Source of the DNA: Okamejei kenojei
Lineage: Eukaryota
Assembly (NCBI GenBank): GCA_035221665.1
Contig: CM069131.1
Coordinates: 163,742,001-163,806,000, forward strand
Length of the DNA stretch: 64,000 nt
Direction of reading: 5' to 3'
Below, piece after piece: positions 49,084 to 61,200 of the stretch. Both the position numbers and the translations under genes were made by a program. The number at the start of each line of letters is the position of its first letter. Position 1 is the stretch's first letter. The notes under the pieces were generated by a model. The model made no database searches, had not been told where the DNA came from, and saw nothing but the letters and a program-made list of their open reading frames with translations.

Positions 49084-51221
49084 ACATAGAAACATAGAAA
49101 CATAGAAATTAGGTGCAGGAGTAGGCCATTCAGCCCTTTGAGCCTGCACCGCCATTCAATATGATCATGGCTGATCATCCAACTCAGTATCCCGTACCTG
49201 CCTTCTCTCCATACCCTCTGATCCCCTTAGCCACAAGGGCCACATCCAACTCACTCTTAAATATAGCCAATGAACTGGCCTCAACTACCCTCTGTGGCAG
49301 AGAGTTCCAGAGACTCACCACTCTCTGTGTGAAGAAAGTCTTTCTCATCTCGGTCTTAAAGGATTTCCCCCTTATCCTTAAGCTGTGACCCCTTGTCCTG
49401 GACTTCCCCAACATCGGGAACAATCTTCCTGCATCTAGCCTGTCCAACCCCTTAAGAATTTTGTAAGTTTCTATAAGATCCCCTCTTAATCTCCTAAATT
49501 CCAGAGAGTATAAACCGAGTCTATCCAGTCTTTCTTCATAAGACAGTCCTGACATCCCAGGAATCAGTCTGGTGAACCTTCTCTGCACTCCCTCTATGGC
49601 AATAATGTCCTTCCTCAGATTTGGAGACCAAAACTGCACGCAATACTCCAGGTGTGGTCTCACCAAGACCCTGTACAACTGAAGTAGAACCTCCCTGCTC
49701 CTGTACTCAAATCCTTTTGCTATGAAAGCTAACATACCATTCGCTTTTTTCACTGCCTGCTGCACCTGCATGCCTACTTTCAATGACTGGTGTACCATGA
49801 CACCCAGGTCTCGCTGCATCTCCCCTTTTCCTAATCGGCCACCATTTAAATAATAGTCTGCTTTCCTGTTTTTGCCACCAAAGTGGATAACCTCACATTT
49901 ATCCACATTATACTGCATCTGCCAAACATTTGCCCACTCACCCAGCCTATCCAAGTCACCTTGCAGTCTCCTAGCATCCTCCTCACAGCGAACACTGCCC
50001 CCCAGCTTAGTGTCATCCGCAAACTTGGAGATATTGCCTTCAATTCCCTCATCCAGATCATTAATATATATTGTAAATAGCTGGGGTCCCAGCACTGAGC
50101 CCTGCGGTACCCCACTAGTTACTGCCTGCCATTGTGAAAAGGACCCGTTTACTCCTACTCTTTGCTTCCTGTTTGCAAGCCAGTTCTCTATCCACATCAA
50201 TACTGAACCCCTAATACCGTATGCTTTAAGTTTGTATACTAATCTCTTATGTGGGACCTTGTCGAAAGCCTTCTGGAAGTCCAGATATACCACATCCACT
50301 GGTTCTCCCTTATCCACGCTACTAGTTACATCCTCGAAAAATTCCACAAGATTCGTCAGACATGATTTACCTTTTGTAAATCCATGCTGACTTTGTCCAA
50401 TGATTTCACCACTTTCCAAATGTGCTGCTATCCCATCTTTAATAACTGACTCTAGCAGTTTCCCCACTACCGATGTTAGACTAACTGGTCTGTAATTCCC
50501 CGTTTTCTCCCTCCCTCCCTTCTTAAAAAGAGGGGTTACATTTGCTACCCGCCAATCCTCAGGAACTACTCCAGAATCTAAAGAGTTTTGAAAGATTATC
50601 ACTAATGCATCCACTATTTCCTGAGCTACTTCCTTAAGTACTCTGGGATGCAGCCTATCTGGCCCTGGGGATTTATCGGCCTTTAATCTATTCAATTTAC
50701 CCAACACCACTTCCCGACTGACCTGGATTTCACTCAATTCCTCCTTTGACCCACAGTCCCCTGCTATTTCAGGCAGATTATTTATGTCTTCCTTAGTGAA
50801 GACGGAACCAAAGTAGTTATTCAATTGGTCCGCCATATCCTTGTTCCTATGATCAACTCACCTGTTTCTGACTGCAAGGGACCTACATTTGTTTTAACTA
50901 ACCTCTTTCTCTTCACATATCTATAAAAACTTTTGCAGTCAGTTTTTATGTTCCCTGCCAGTTTTCTTTCATAATCTATTTTTCCTTTCCTAATTAAGCC
51001 CTTTGTCCTCCTCTGCTGGTCTCTGAATTTCTCCCAGTCCTCTGGTATGCTGCTTTTTTCTGGCTACTTTGTACGCATCATCCTTTGCTTTGATACTATC
51101 CCTGATTTCCCTTGTTATCCACGGATGCACTACCTTCCCCGATTTATTCTTTTGCCAAACTGGGATGAACAATTTTTGTAGTTCATCCATGCAGTCTTTA
51201 AATGTCTTCCATTGTATATCC
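49084..51221 (-). mobile_element. Young CR1 LINE, 5'-truncated
   Basis: 550-aa ORF matching the C-terminal part of 18374..20467; frameshifts near 50848 and 51050; (TTTCTATG)n tail. Confidence 0.97.
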
Positions 51222-51928
51222 AGACAATATGGAACAGTGTCAGGATAAATGGCACGCCGGCCCCGAAATCCAATTTTGAAAGAAACTAAGATTAGACTAT
51301 GCTGTTCTCATTTAAAGTTATACCCCCTTGTCTCTGAGAAGTGCAGGTTGGGACATTGCAACTTATACAACCGTTTGGAAGGCTAAGGATTATTCTTAGT
51401 GGCTTCCTTGCAGCTTTTGCTTTCTTCAAAAATAAATTTACGCAGAAAATGTTTGGAGACTGATTGAGGTACAATCACAATGACACAGTTTATAAAACAG
51501 TACTGAATAACTAGGCTCTGTGCAGTAAATGGTATTCTGGGGTGTCTCCACTTTCATAAGTGATATGAGCAGAATTGAAATGCTTCAATGATCTGTTGAT
51601 CTGATAGTGATGAAGGCCCACCATGCAAATTCAGCACCTGTGCCTGATATCACTTTTTTACCAGACCTATGTGTATGGAAGCATCCAAGAATGAGTTTTA
51701 CACAAAGCCCATTTTTGGATGTTTCAGTACATGGGCTTTACTTGGGATTTTTATATTCCTAAAACAAAGATCCTCTCTCTGCCTGCCTCTGGCTGTGCAA
51801 CGCCACACTCTGGCAGTACCAATCTACCAGAGACTCTGGAACCAGGAACTGATTCCTATATCGCCTCTCAAGGAAGGCAAGTGTCGTTGGTGTAATGCAC
51901 TAAATCCTTCAATGCCACCTGAAGAAAT

Positions 51929-51982
51929 GGGGTGAGAGATTGCAACCTTCATGTGGTCCACCCCGTTTCGACTAATGCAATG
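51929..51982 (+). ncRNA. Minimal HDV-like (CPEB3-type) self-cleaving ribozyme
   Basis: P1 GGGGUGA/CCACCCC, P2 AUUGCA/UGCAAU, P3 ACC/GGU, L3 UUCAUGU, P1.1 strand GU, reduced P4 UUCGA, J4/2 CUAA with the catalytic-position C at 51972. Confidence 0.8.
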
Positions 51983-52062
51983 AACCCGACGTGCATAAAC
52001 AAATTGATGTAATATTTCGGTGTCTACAAATTTAGGCTGTGCATGCCATACGCAAGAAGAAG
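51929..52062 (+). mobile_element. 134-bp short retroposon with (AAG)n tail (RTE-type 3' end)
   Basis: 12-bp TSD ACCTGAAGAAAT at 51917-51928 and 52063-52074; tail GCAAGAAGAAG. Confidence 0.85.
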
Positions 52063-52959
52063 ACCTGAAGAAATAAGCTTGGAATGAGCTCCACCATAAA
52101 CTCATGATTTACTTGTCAGCAATGACCCAGTATGCTTCTGTCATGGACGATGTATTCTTAGTTTATTGTGTGGCATTTATTTTTGTAAAGTTTAAAATAA
52201 TAATTTACAATATATTATTGCTATAGTAGTCATATAATGAGTCATACTATAGCAATACTACATTGTAAAGTATTACATGACTTCTGATTATATTATTGTT
52301 ATTTTCTAAGGCTTTGGTTAGTCAGTCAGTCCCCACATTAAATTTGGTTACTACCTACAATTGTTGTGTTGGGGCGTATTTTGTGCCGAGCTGGAAGTCC
52401 GCTGGTGGACACGGGGAGACTGCATGTTGAATTACCTGCTACTGTGATTGCCTGTAATTAAAGAAAAGTAAAGAACCCAATTGTAACCCGATTATTACCC
52501 ACAGCCCATAGTTTACTGGAGTATTCAATGTCTAAAACCTGGGGTTACAACTATATACCACAGACACTTTGAGGCACTGGAGAGATACTACCAATACAGG
52601 CTCCATAATGTTCTCTAAGCAGTTTATTCAAACCAACTTCATCATCCTCTCTTGGACCATCATCCTCTGCATAGAGGTCAGCTCCAACGTGAAAGTCATG
52701 TTCATAAGTCATACAGTAGGAGCAGAAATAGGCCATTTGGCAGTTCAAGTCTACTCCGCCATTCAAGCATGGCTGACATATCTTTCCCTCTCAACCCCAT
52801 TCTCCTGCTTTCTCCCCAAAACCCTTGACATTGTTACTAACCAAGAATCTGTCAATCTCCACCTTAAAAATATCCAATGACTTGGCCTCCACAGCCATCT
52901 GTGGCAATGAATTCCACAGATTCACCATCCTCTGGCTAAATAAATTCCTCCTCATCTCC

Positions 52960-53713
52960 TCAGAGACCCGGGTGTCCTTGTACACCGGTCACTGGAAGTT
53001 GGCGTGCAGCTACAGCAGGCAGTGAAGAAAGCTAATGGAATGTTGGCCTTCATAACAAGAGGATTTCAGTATAGGAGTAAAGAAATTCTTCTGCAGTTGT
53101 ATAGGGCTCTGGTAAGACCACATCTGGAGTATTGTGTGCAGTTTTGGTCTCCTAATTTGAGGAAGGACATCCTTGTGATTGAGGCAGTGCAGCGTAGGTT
53201 CACAAGATTGATCCCTGGGATGGCTGTATGAGGAAAGATTGAAAAGACTAGGCTTTATATGAGGACCATATGAGGAAAGATTGAAAAGACTAGGCTTGTA
53301 ATCACTGGAGTTTAGAAGGAAGAGGGGGTATCTTATAGAAACATATAAAATTATAAAAGGACTCGACAAGCTAGATGCAGGAAAAATGTTCCCAATGTTG
53401 GGAGAGTCCAGAACCAGGGGCCACAGTCTTAGAATAAAGGGGAGGCAATTTAAGACTGAGGTGATTAAAAAACTTTCACACCCAGAGAATTGTGAATTTG
53501 TGGAATTCCCTGCCACAGTGGAGGCCAAATCACTGGATGGATTTAAGAGAGTTAGATAGAGCTCTAGGGGCTAGTGGAATCAAGGGATATGGGGAGAAGG
53601 TAGGCACGGGTTATTGATTGGGGACGATCAGCCATGATCACAATGAATGGTGGTGCTGGCTCGAAGGGCCGAATGGCCTCCTCCTGCACCTATTTTGTAT
53701 ATTTCTATGTTTC
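52960..53713 (+). mobile_element. CR1 3' fragment with a small internal duplication, adjacent to an inverted CR1 end (52698-52960)
   Basis: ORF 53004..53231 is CR1 ORF2; TATGAGGAAAGATTGAAAAGACTAGGCTT occurs twice in 53227-53297. Confidence 0.88.
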
Positions 53714-56609
53714 TCACTAAAGGTACGTCTTTTTACTCTGAATATAGGAATATAGTGCCTGGTTCCATGGTCTCTGGTAGCCCTCATGTCCTAGACTCTC
53801 TCACTAGTGGAAACATCCTCTCCACATCCACTCAGTCCTGGCCTTTCACTATTGGGCAGGTTTCACTGAATTCCTCTCACCCCCCCCCCCCCCCACCCCC
53901 CACCCCCCACTCATCCTTCTAAGGTCTCATTGTCCTTGTGATCAAAACTGGATTCCTGAAGCAGATACTCTATTCTGAGCTCTATAACGGCCAGGGAGTA
54001 CTGTTTGTGCAGAGCAAACCAGTAAAGGATAAGTTTAATGCCTCCTTGGAAAAGTGCGACAACGCCACCAAATTGAAACGGAGAAGGAGCATTTGAGAAG
54101 GCATTTGTCAGTGCAGCCAAAAACCCACCCCTGCCCCCTTGAGCAGTTCCTGCCCCACCTGCAGTTGAGATTGCAGCTCTCCCATTGATCTCATCAGCCA
54201 CCACTGATTCGATGAAACTGGATTGAACACAAAATCATCCTGAGAGAAAAATCTGGAAAAATGATGGGCTTTGCCCAAAGGTGAATTGTTCAATCACTAG
54301 TGGCCTTGCTCCAAACTTGGAACAGTTTTTGTTAACTGCTAATGGAGCCTGCTCAGCAGAATTTGTGGGTCTTCTTGCGCCAGGTCCTCACATCTTCTTA
54401 GTTTTTTCTTGTGATTAGTGGTAACGAAGGCACATGGTATATTTTCCTTCATTGGTCAGGCATTGAGTCTCAGAGTCAGGAAGTCACGATGCAGCTTTAT
54501 AGGAAGATAGACACAAAAAGCTGGAGTAACTCAGCGGGACAGGCAGCATCTCTGGAGAGAAGGAATGGGTGACATTTTGGGTCGAGACCCTCCGTCAGCT
54601 TGATAGGACTGAATATGCTGCATTTGGAGTATTTGGCATTCAATTATGGTCGCTCACTACTGGTAGGATGTGGAAGGTTTGAAAAGGGTTATAAGAATGA
54701 TGCCCAGATTAGAGGGTTTTAGCTTGGACAGACTTGGATAGTTTTTGCTGGATTGCTTTCTCTGGAGGTTGTAGAGAGCCCTGATAGAAGTATGTAAAAT
54801 TATGAGAGCCATAGATAAGGTAGACAGTCAGAACCTTTTGCCCAGGATGGAAAAATCACAATATTAGTGGGGCAAAGCTTAAAGGAGATATGTCGAGCAA
54901 GTGTTTTACATAGAGGGCTGTGAGTGCCTTGAACATGCTGCCGGGGGGGGTGGGGGGGGGGGGGGGGGGGGGGGGGGGTTAGTTTAGTTTAGAGATACAG
55001 AGCAGAAATGGGCCCTTCGGCCCACCAAGTCCATACTGACCAGCGGTTCCCGTACGCATACACTATCCTACACACAGTAGGGACAATTTACACTTATACA
55101 AAGCCAATTAATCTATAAACCTCTATCTCTTTGAGGTGTGGTAGGAAACTGGTTGTCCAGGAGAAAACCCACGCAGGTCAAGGGGAGAAGGTACAAACAA
55201 GCACCTGTAGTCAGGATTGAACCCGGGCCCCTGGCGCTGTAAGGCAGCAACTCTACCGCTGCTCCATTGTATCGACGAGGGTGTTGAGGCAGATATTAGA
55301 CTTTTGGCTAGGCATATAGATGTGCAGGGAATCCAGTGTTATGGATTATGTGCAGGCAGGTGAGAGTTCGTTGTGGAATCATGTTCAGCAGAGGCATTGT
55401 GGGCTGAAGGGCCTTTCTTTTGCTGGATTGTTCTATGTTCTATAATATTTCTGACAAACTCACTCCTTAGCATCAGCACATCAGATATAATTACAGTAGC
55501 TGCTTCTCTACTTATAATTTATTTGAGCAGATCAAAGTGACGAGTAATCTTTTCATGGCTCTCAGCCTTTGGCAGAAAATAGTTTCTTTTTTTCTGTTTT
55601 CATGAACCTGCTGACGCAGCAATTTCTTTGTATGGAAAGTGCTTGGTTGAATTTCCTCATGAGTTTGTATTAATTCAAAGAGTCATGGTGGTGAATCAAA
55701 ATAGTGATATGTACTTTTAGGAGACTGATTTTTAACTCAGAGTGGGTTTCAAGCAGGGAAGGACACAGAAAAATCCTAAAACTCTCACAGTTTTCAGGCC
55801 CAGAGTATTTTAACTCCAGGCTTAATTTCTTCCAGGAACACTGGGAAGACAGTGTCGAGTGCCAACTGAAAGGAAAAATGGAGCAGCTTTTGCCCAGTGT
55901 AGCACAGTGGTAAAGTTGCTGCCTGACAGCCGCAGAGACCTGGGTTCGCTCCAGACAATGGGTAGTCTGAAGAAGGGTCTCAACCAAAAACGTCACCTAT
56001 TCCTTCTATCCAGAGATGTTGCCTGACCTGCTGAGTTACTCCAGCATTTTGTGTTTATCTTCGGTGTAAACCAGCATCTACAGTTCCTTCCTTCCAGCAC
56101 ATCCTGACTACGGGTGCTGTCTGTAGGGAATTTGTACGTTCTCCCCGTGACCATGTGGGCTTTCTCCAGGTGCCACAGTTTCCTCCCACATTCCAAAGGC
56201 GTGCAGGTTTGTAGGTTAATTGGCTTTGGTAAATTGTCCCTAACTTGCCGGATAGAACTAGTGTACGATTGTTAGTTTTTAGGCTTTAGAGATACAATGT
56301 GGAAACTGGCCCTACAGCCCACCGAGTCTGCACCGACCAGCAATCCCCCTGTTCTCCAGCACTATCCTACACACAAGGGGCAATTTATAATTTCTACTCC
56401 TCTTGGCCCCACTGTGCAAAACATTTGAATTTCCGGAGAATCTCTTCATCATCTCACCAGCTCCAAACTTGATCGAGCTGGGTAAGAAAGCACCAGCAAC
56501 CTCTTCACTCAGGGCCATGGGAAAAACATTACTGGGGATTTTGATGTGATAGGATTCTCAATTAGTATTTTATCAGCCATGATCATCTTGATCATTGTGC
56601 AGCAGCCTT

Positions 56610-57410
56610 GCCAGCAGATGTTAGTCATTTTGACTTTTTTTGTTTTTTAGTATGTCCAAATGTATGTGTTAGTGTCTCTCAGTATGTTTTTATGTGGGGG
56701 TGGTGGGGGGGTGAAGGGGGAAACCGGTTCCAGCCACTTACCTTGGCGGAGATGGGACTTTTCTCCTAGTCGCATTTTCGCCTCCCTCGCTGCCTAACAA
56801 CTTGGATTGGTGCGGCCTTTCCCGGAGACGGGCCAGAGCTTCAGCAGCAGGCGTGGTGTGGACTTCCATCACGGAGCCAGAAGAAAGGCTCCAACCGCCG
56901 GCCTGCTGACTTTAACATCGTGAAGCTGCGGTCTGTGGAGCTTCTAGCTGCCCGTGTGGAGCGGACTTTACCATCCTGGAGCCAGGGATCCTTTACCGGG
57001 GATCGCCGGAGAAAAGCTCCGACAGCTGGCCTGCCTGCGGCCTATAACATCGAGAAGCCGCGATCTCCGGTAAGAAAGTGGCCAATTCGGGAGCTCCAAG
57101 CCGCGAAGTGTGTTCCATCCATCCTGACGTCGGAGCTTCGATCATCCCGACGAGAGGGTTTGTACATCGGGCCGTCCGTAGCGGCGACTGCGGAGGGTCA
57201 AGTCCCCAAACACAAATGAACAAAAGGAGGAAGACTGACTGAACATTATTGCCTTCCATCACATTGATCACTGTGGTGGATGTTTATGTTAAGCTCTATT
57301 GTTTGTTTCATTGTGTTGTGTTCTTTTAATTGTATGGCTGTGTGATAACTCAAATATCACTGTACCTTAATTGGTGCTTGTGACAATAAATGTGAATCTG
57401 AATCTGAATG
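56610..57410 (+). mobile_element. GC-rich composite non-autonomous retroposon
   Basis: Family body and hairpin; tail TCACTGTACCTTAATTGGTGCTTGTGACAATAAA plus (GAATCT)n. Confidence 0.75.
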
Positions 57411-57884
57411 GCGGTGCTGGCTCGAAGGGCCGAATGGCCTACTCCTGCATCTATTGTCTATTGCCTATATCAGCTTCCAACCTGAGTCCAGCAGACATGT
57501 TCTTGTCAAAATCAACAGCATTATAATCAGCAGGAACAAAAAAGGGTTTGTGATTGCTTCAGTTTTAACGACCAACTAGCTGGTACCATTCTCACAGAGT
57601 CATTAAAATGCACTTCCCCACACATGCCCTTGGGAATTCAATATTATTGACAAATATGTTCTTAATTCAAACAGAGGAATATCTCTTTGTATATATTTTT
57701 CTATTCCTGTCAAGGTTCCTGTATATGTAGATTGTTCCTAAAATAAGGATTCCTGGTGCTGTGGAAATGTTATGATGCTACTGCTGCTGTTGCTGGCTCT
57801 GGTCACCTGGTAGCGCTGCAATGCAAGTTTCCCTGCTTTTATCTCAGCTCCAGTGACTTAAGATGAAAGAAATAGGAACAAGAA

Positions 57885-59710
57885 TAGGCCAAGTTTTGCG
57901 GATGATACGAAAATAGGTGGAGGGGCAGGTAGTGTAGTGAAAGCAGGTACTCTGCAGAAGGACTTAGACTGGTTGGGAGAGTAGGCAGATAAGTGGCAGA
58001 TGGAATATAGTGTAGCAAAGTGTGGAGTCATGCATTTTGGTAGTAGGAATAGACAATATACAATAGACAATAGGTACAGGAATAGGCCATTCGGCCCTTC
58101 GAGCCAGCACCGCCATTCACTGTGATCATGGCTGATCATCCACATTCAGTACCCCGATCCTGCTTTCTCCCCATTTCCCCTGACTCCGCTATCTATCCAA
58201 CTCTCTCTTGAAAGCATCCAGAGAATTGGCCTCCACTGCCTTCTGAGGCAAAGAATTCCACAGATTCACAACTCTCTGGGTGAAAAGGGTTTTTCCTCAT
58301 CTACGTTCTAAATGGTCTACCCCTTATTCTTAAACTGTGGCCCCTGGTTCTGGATTCCCCCAACATTGGAAACATGTTTCCTGCCTGTATCGTGTCCAAT
58401 CCCTTAATAATCTTAAATGTTTCAATAAGATCCCCTCTCATCCTTCTAAATTCCAGAGTATACAAGCCCAGCCGCTCCATTCTATCAACATATGACAGTC
58501 CCTCCATCCCGGAAATTAACCTCGTGAACCTACGTTGCACTTCCTCAATAGCAAGAATGTCCTTCCTCAAATTTGGGGACCAAAACTGCACACAATACTC
58601 CAGATATGGTCTCACTTAGGGCCCTGTACAACTTCAGAAGGACCTCTTTGCTCCTGTACTCCTCTTGTTATGAAGGCCAACATGCCATTAGCTTTCTTCA
58701 CTGCCTGCTGTACCTGCATGCTTACTTTCATTGAGTGATGAACAAGGACCATCCCCGATCACTTTGTAGTTCCCCTTTTCCCAACCTGACACCGTTCAGA
58801 TAATCTGCCTTCCTGTTTTTGCCACTAAAGTGGATAACCTCACATCATCCACATTAAACTGCATCTGCCATGCATCTGCCCACTCACCCAATCTGTCCAA
58901 GTCACCCTCCATCCTCATAGCACCCTCCTCACAGTTCACACTGCCACCCAGCTTTGTGTCATCTGCAAATTTGCTAAGGCGTACATTATTTTCTAAATGG
59001 GGAGAGAATCCAGAAATCGAAAGTGCAAAGGGACTTGGGAGTGCTGGTGCAGGATTCCCAAAAAGTTAATCTGCAAGACGAATTAGAAGTAAAAAAAGTA
59101 AACTCAATGCCAGCATTTATTTCAAGAGGGCTTGTATACAAAAACATGGTCAGGCCGCATTTGTAATATTGTGAGCAATTTTGGGCACCATATCTGAAGA
59201 AGGGTGTGCTGGCTTTGGAGAGGGTCCAGAAGTTTACAAGAATGATCCCAGGAATGAGTAGGTTATCATACGATGAGCATTTGATGGCACTGAGCCTGTA
59301 TTCGCTGGAGTTTAGAAGAATGAGGGGGGACCGCATTGAAATGTACATAATAGTAAAAGGTTTGGATAGTGGATGTTGAGAGAATGTTTCCACTAGTGGG
59401 AGAGTCTAGGATTAAAGGTTATAGCTTTAGAATTAAAAGACGTTCTTTTAAAAGAGATGAGGAGAAATTTCTTTAGTCAGAGGGTGGTGAATCTGTGGAA
59501 TTATTTGCCACAGAAGGCTGTGGAAGCAAAGTCAGTGGATATATTTAAGGCAGAGATAGATAGATTCTTGATTAGTTCAGGTGTCAGAGGTTATGGGGAG
59601 AAGGCAGGAGAATGCAGTTAGGAGGGAGAGATAGATCAGCCATGATTGAATGGCAGAGTAGACTTGATGGGCCGAATGCCTAATTCTACTCCTATCACAT
59701 GATCTTATGA
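57885..59710. mobile_element. Plus-strand CR1 (57885-58050, 58980-59710) interrupted by a minus-strand CR1 (58050-58978)
   Basis: AAGTTTTGCGGATGATACGAAAATAGGTGG (FADDTKIGG region) continues after the insert; the insert has ORF 58301..58615 and an (ATTGTCT)n tail. Confidence 0.85.
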
Positions 59711-59934
59711 AGACGGCAATTGGTTGTTTCATCCTATATGCTATTTAGTAAGGCCATGACTGATCCAATTCTATGGCATTGTCCCGTTGATATAAATGGG
59801 ATTGTGGGTCTCTATCCTACCCCTTCCAAAGTCTGCAATCAGTTCCTTGGTTCTATGCTTGCTTCAAAATGGAGGACATTGAAGTGCCTTCTCGAGCCCC
59901 CATAGCATAATTGTAATCTCAGACATTCAGGTAA

Positions 59935-61200
59935 GAACATTAGAAGATCCTTCATGAGGGTGAACCCTCTGAAAGCATCCGGACCTGATGATCACAGTCT
60001 CAAAACCTGCACAAACCAACTGGCTGGAGTTTTCCTGGACATCTTCAACCTCTCATTAATAAGGTCTGCAGTTCCCACCTCCTTGTATACTGATGCCCAA
60101 GAAAAGGTAAGGTGACATTCCTCTAAAACTGCTGACTGGTGGCACAACGGTTCATGGTGATTAAGTGTTTTGAGAGGTCGGTTATGGGACTACCCCAGCA
60201 AGAACCTGGAGTCACAATTTGCCTACTGCCACAATAGATCAATGGTGAATGCAATCTCGCTGACTCTCCACTGGACCAACTGGACACCAAGAACACATCT
60301 AGACACAAAATGCTAGAGTAACTTAGCAGGACAGGCAGCATCTCTGGAGAGAAGGAATGGGTGGCGTTTCGGGTCGAGACCCTTCTTCAGACTGATGGTC
60401 AGTTGGCCAGGTGGGCTGAGGAATGGTTAATGGAATTTACCAACTTCAGGGAACCCGGGCTCTGCACATCCCTTTGCAACTGGGATCATCAACATACACG
60501 GAATCAAGGGATGTGGGGAAAAAGCAGGAATAGGGGACTGATTTTGGATGACCAGCCATGATTATATTGAATGGCGGTGCTGGCTCGAAAGACCGAATGG
60601 CCTACTCCTGCACCTATTTTCAATGTTTTTAAACCGCAATCAGTAAGAATTGGCAATAATTCTTCCTCCTCTATAACCACCAGGCTGCTCCTCAAGGCTG
60701 TGTGGTCAGCCCCTCCACTTCTCATTCTCCACTCATGACTGTGTAACTGGACACAGTTCCAACTCCATCTTTAAATTTACCGATTACACCACCGTTGTTG
60801 GAAGAATTGTGGGTAGTGACGAGCCAGAGGAATTGTGGGTAGTGATGTAGGAGGGAGATCGATTTTCTGATGAAATGGTGCCAAAACATCAATCATGTTC
60901 TCAACCGAGGTAAACCAAGGAGATTGCAAAATGTCATAGTGAACGCTGGTCCATCATGGGTATTAATCTCTCCTCCATCGAAGAGACGTACAGAAGGTGG
61001 TGCCTCAAACAGGCAGTTAGCATCATCAAGAACCCATCATCAAGAGCCCAAGACTCAAGAACCCATGCTAGCCTGGCCTCATTCTCATTTCACTCTGCTG
61101 TTAGGAAGAAGGTATTGGAGTCTGAACAGCATGACCTCCAGTTTTACGAACAGCTTCTTCACAACAACCATCAGGCTCTTGAACACTACAATTGCTAACT
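59935..61200 (+). mobile_element. Highly degraded Rex1/Babar-type LINE, interrupted by Penelope-derived and CR1 pieces
   Basis: Remnants of VNP.KASGPD, DIFNLSL, APQGCV.SP and KF.D.TTVVG motifs in broken frames. Confidence 0.6.

Noticed and set aside
52184-52549. Possible solo LTR with hairpin TATTGCTATAGTA...TACTATAGCAATA
   Set aside because: Left boundary and TSD could not be defined
54235-54237. In-frame TGA as selenocysteine
   Set aside because: No SECIS identified, no selenoprotein motif, no clear start or splice context
54943-54978. Long poly-G (also poly-C at 26942-26967 and 53880-53909) as functional G-quadruplexes
   Set aside because: Simple homopolymers at repeat junctions with unreliable assembled length
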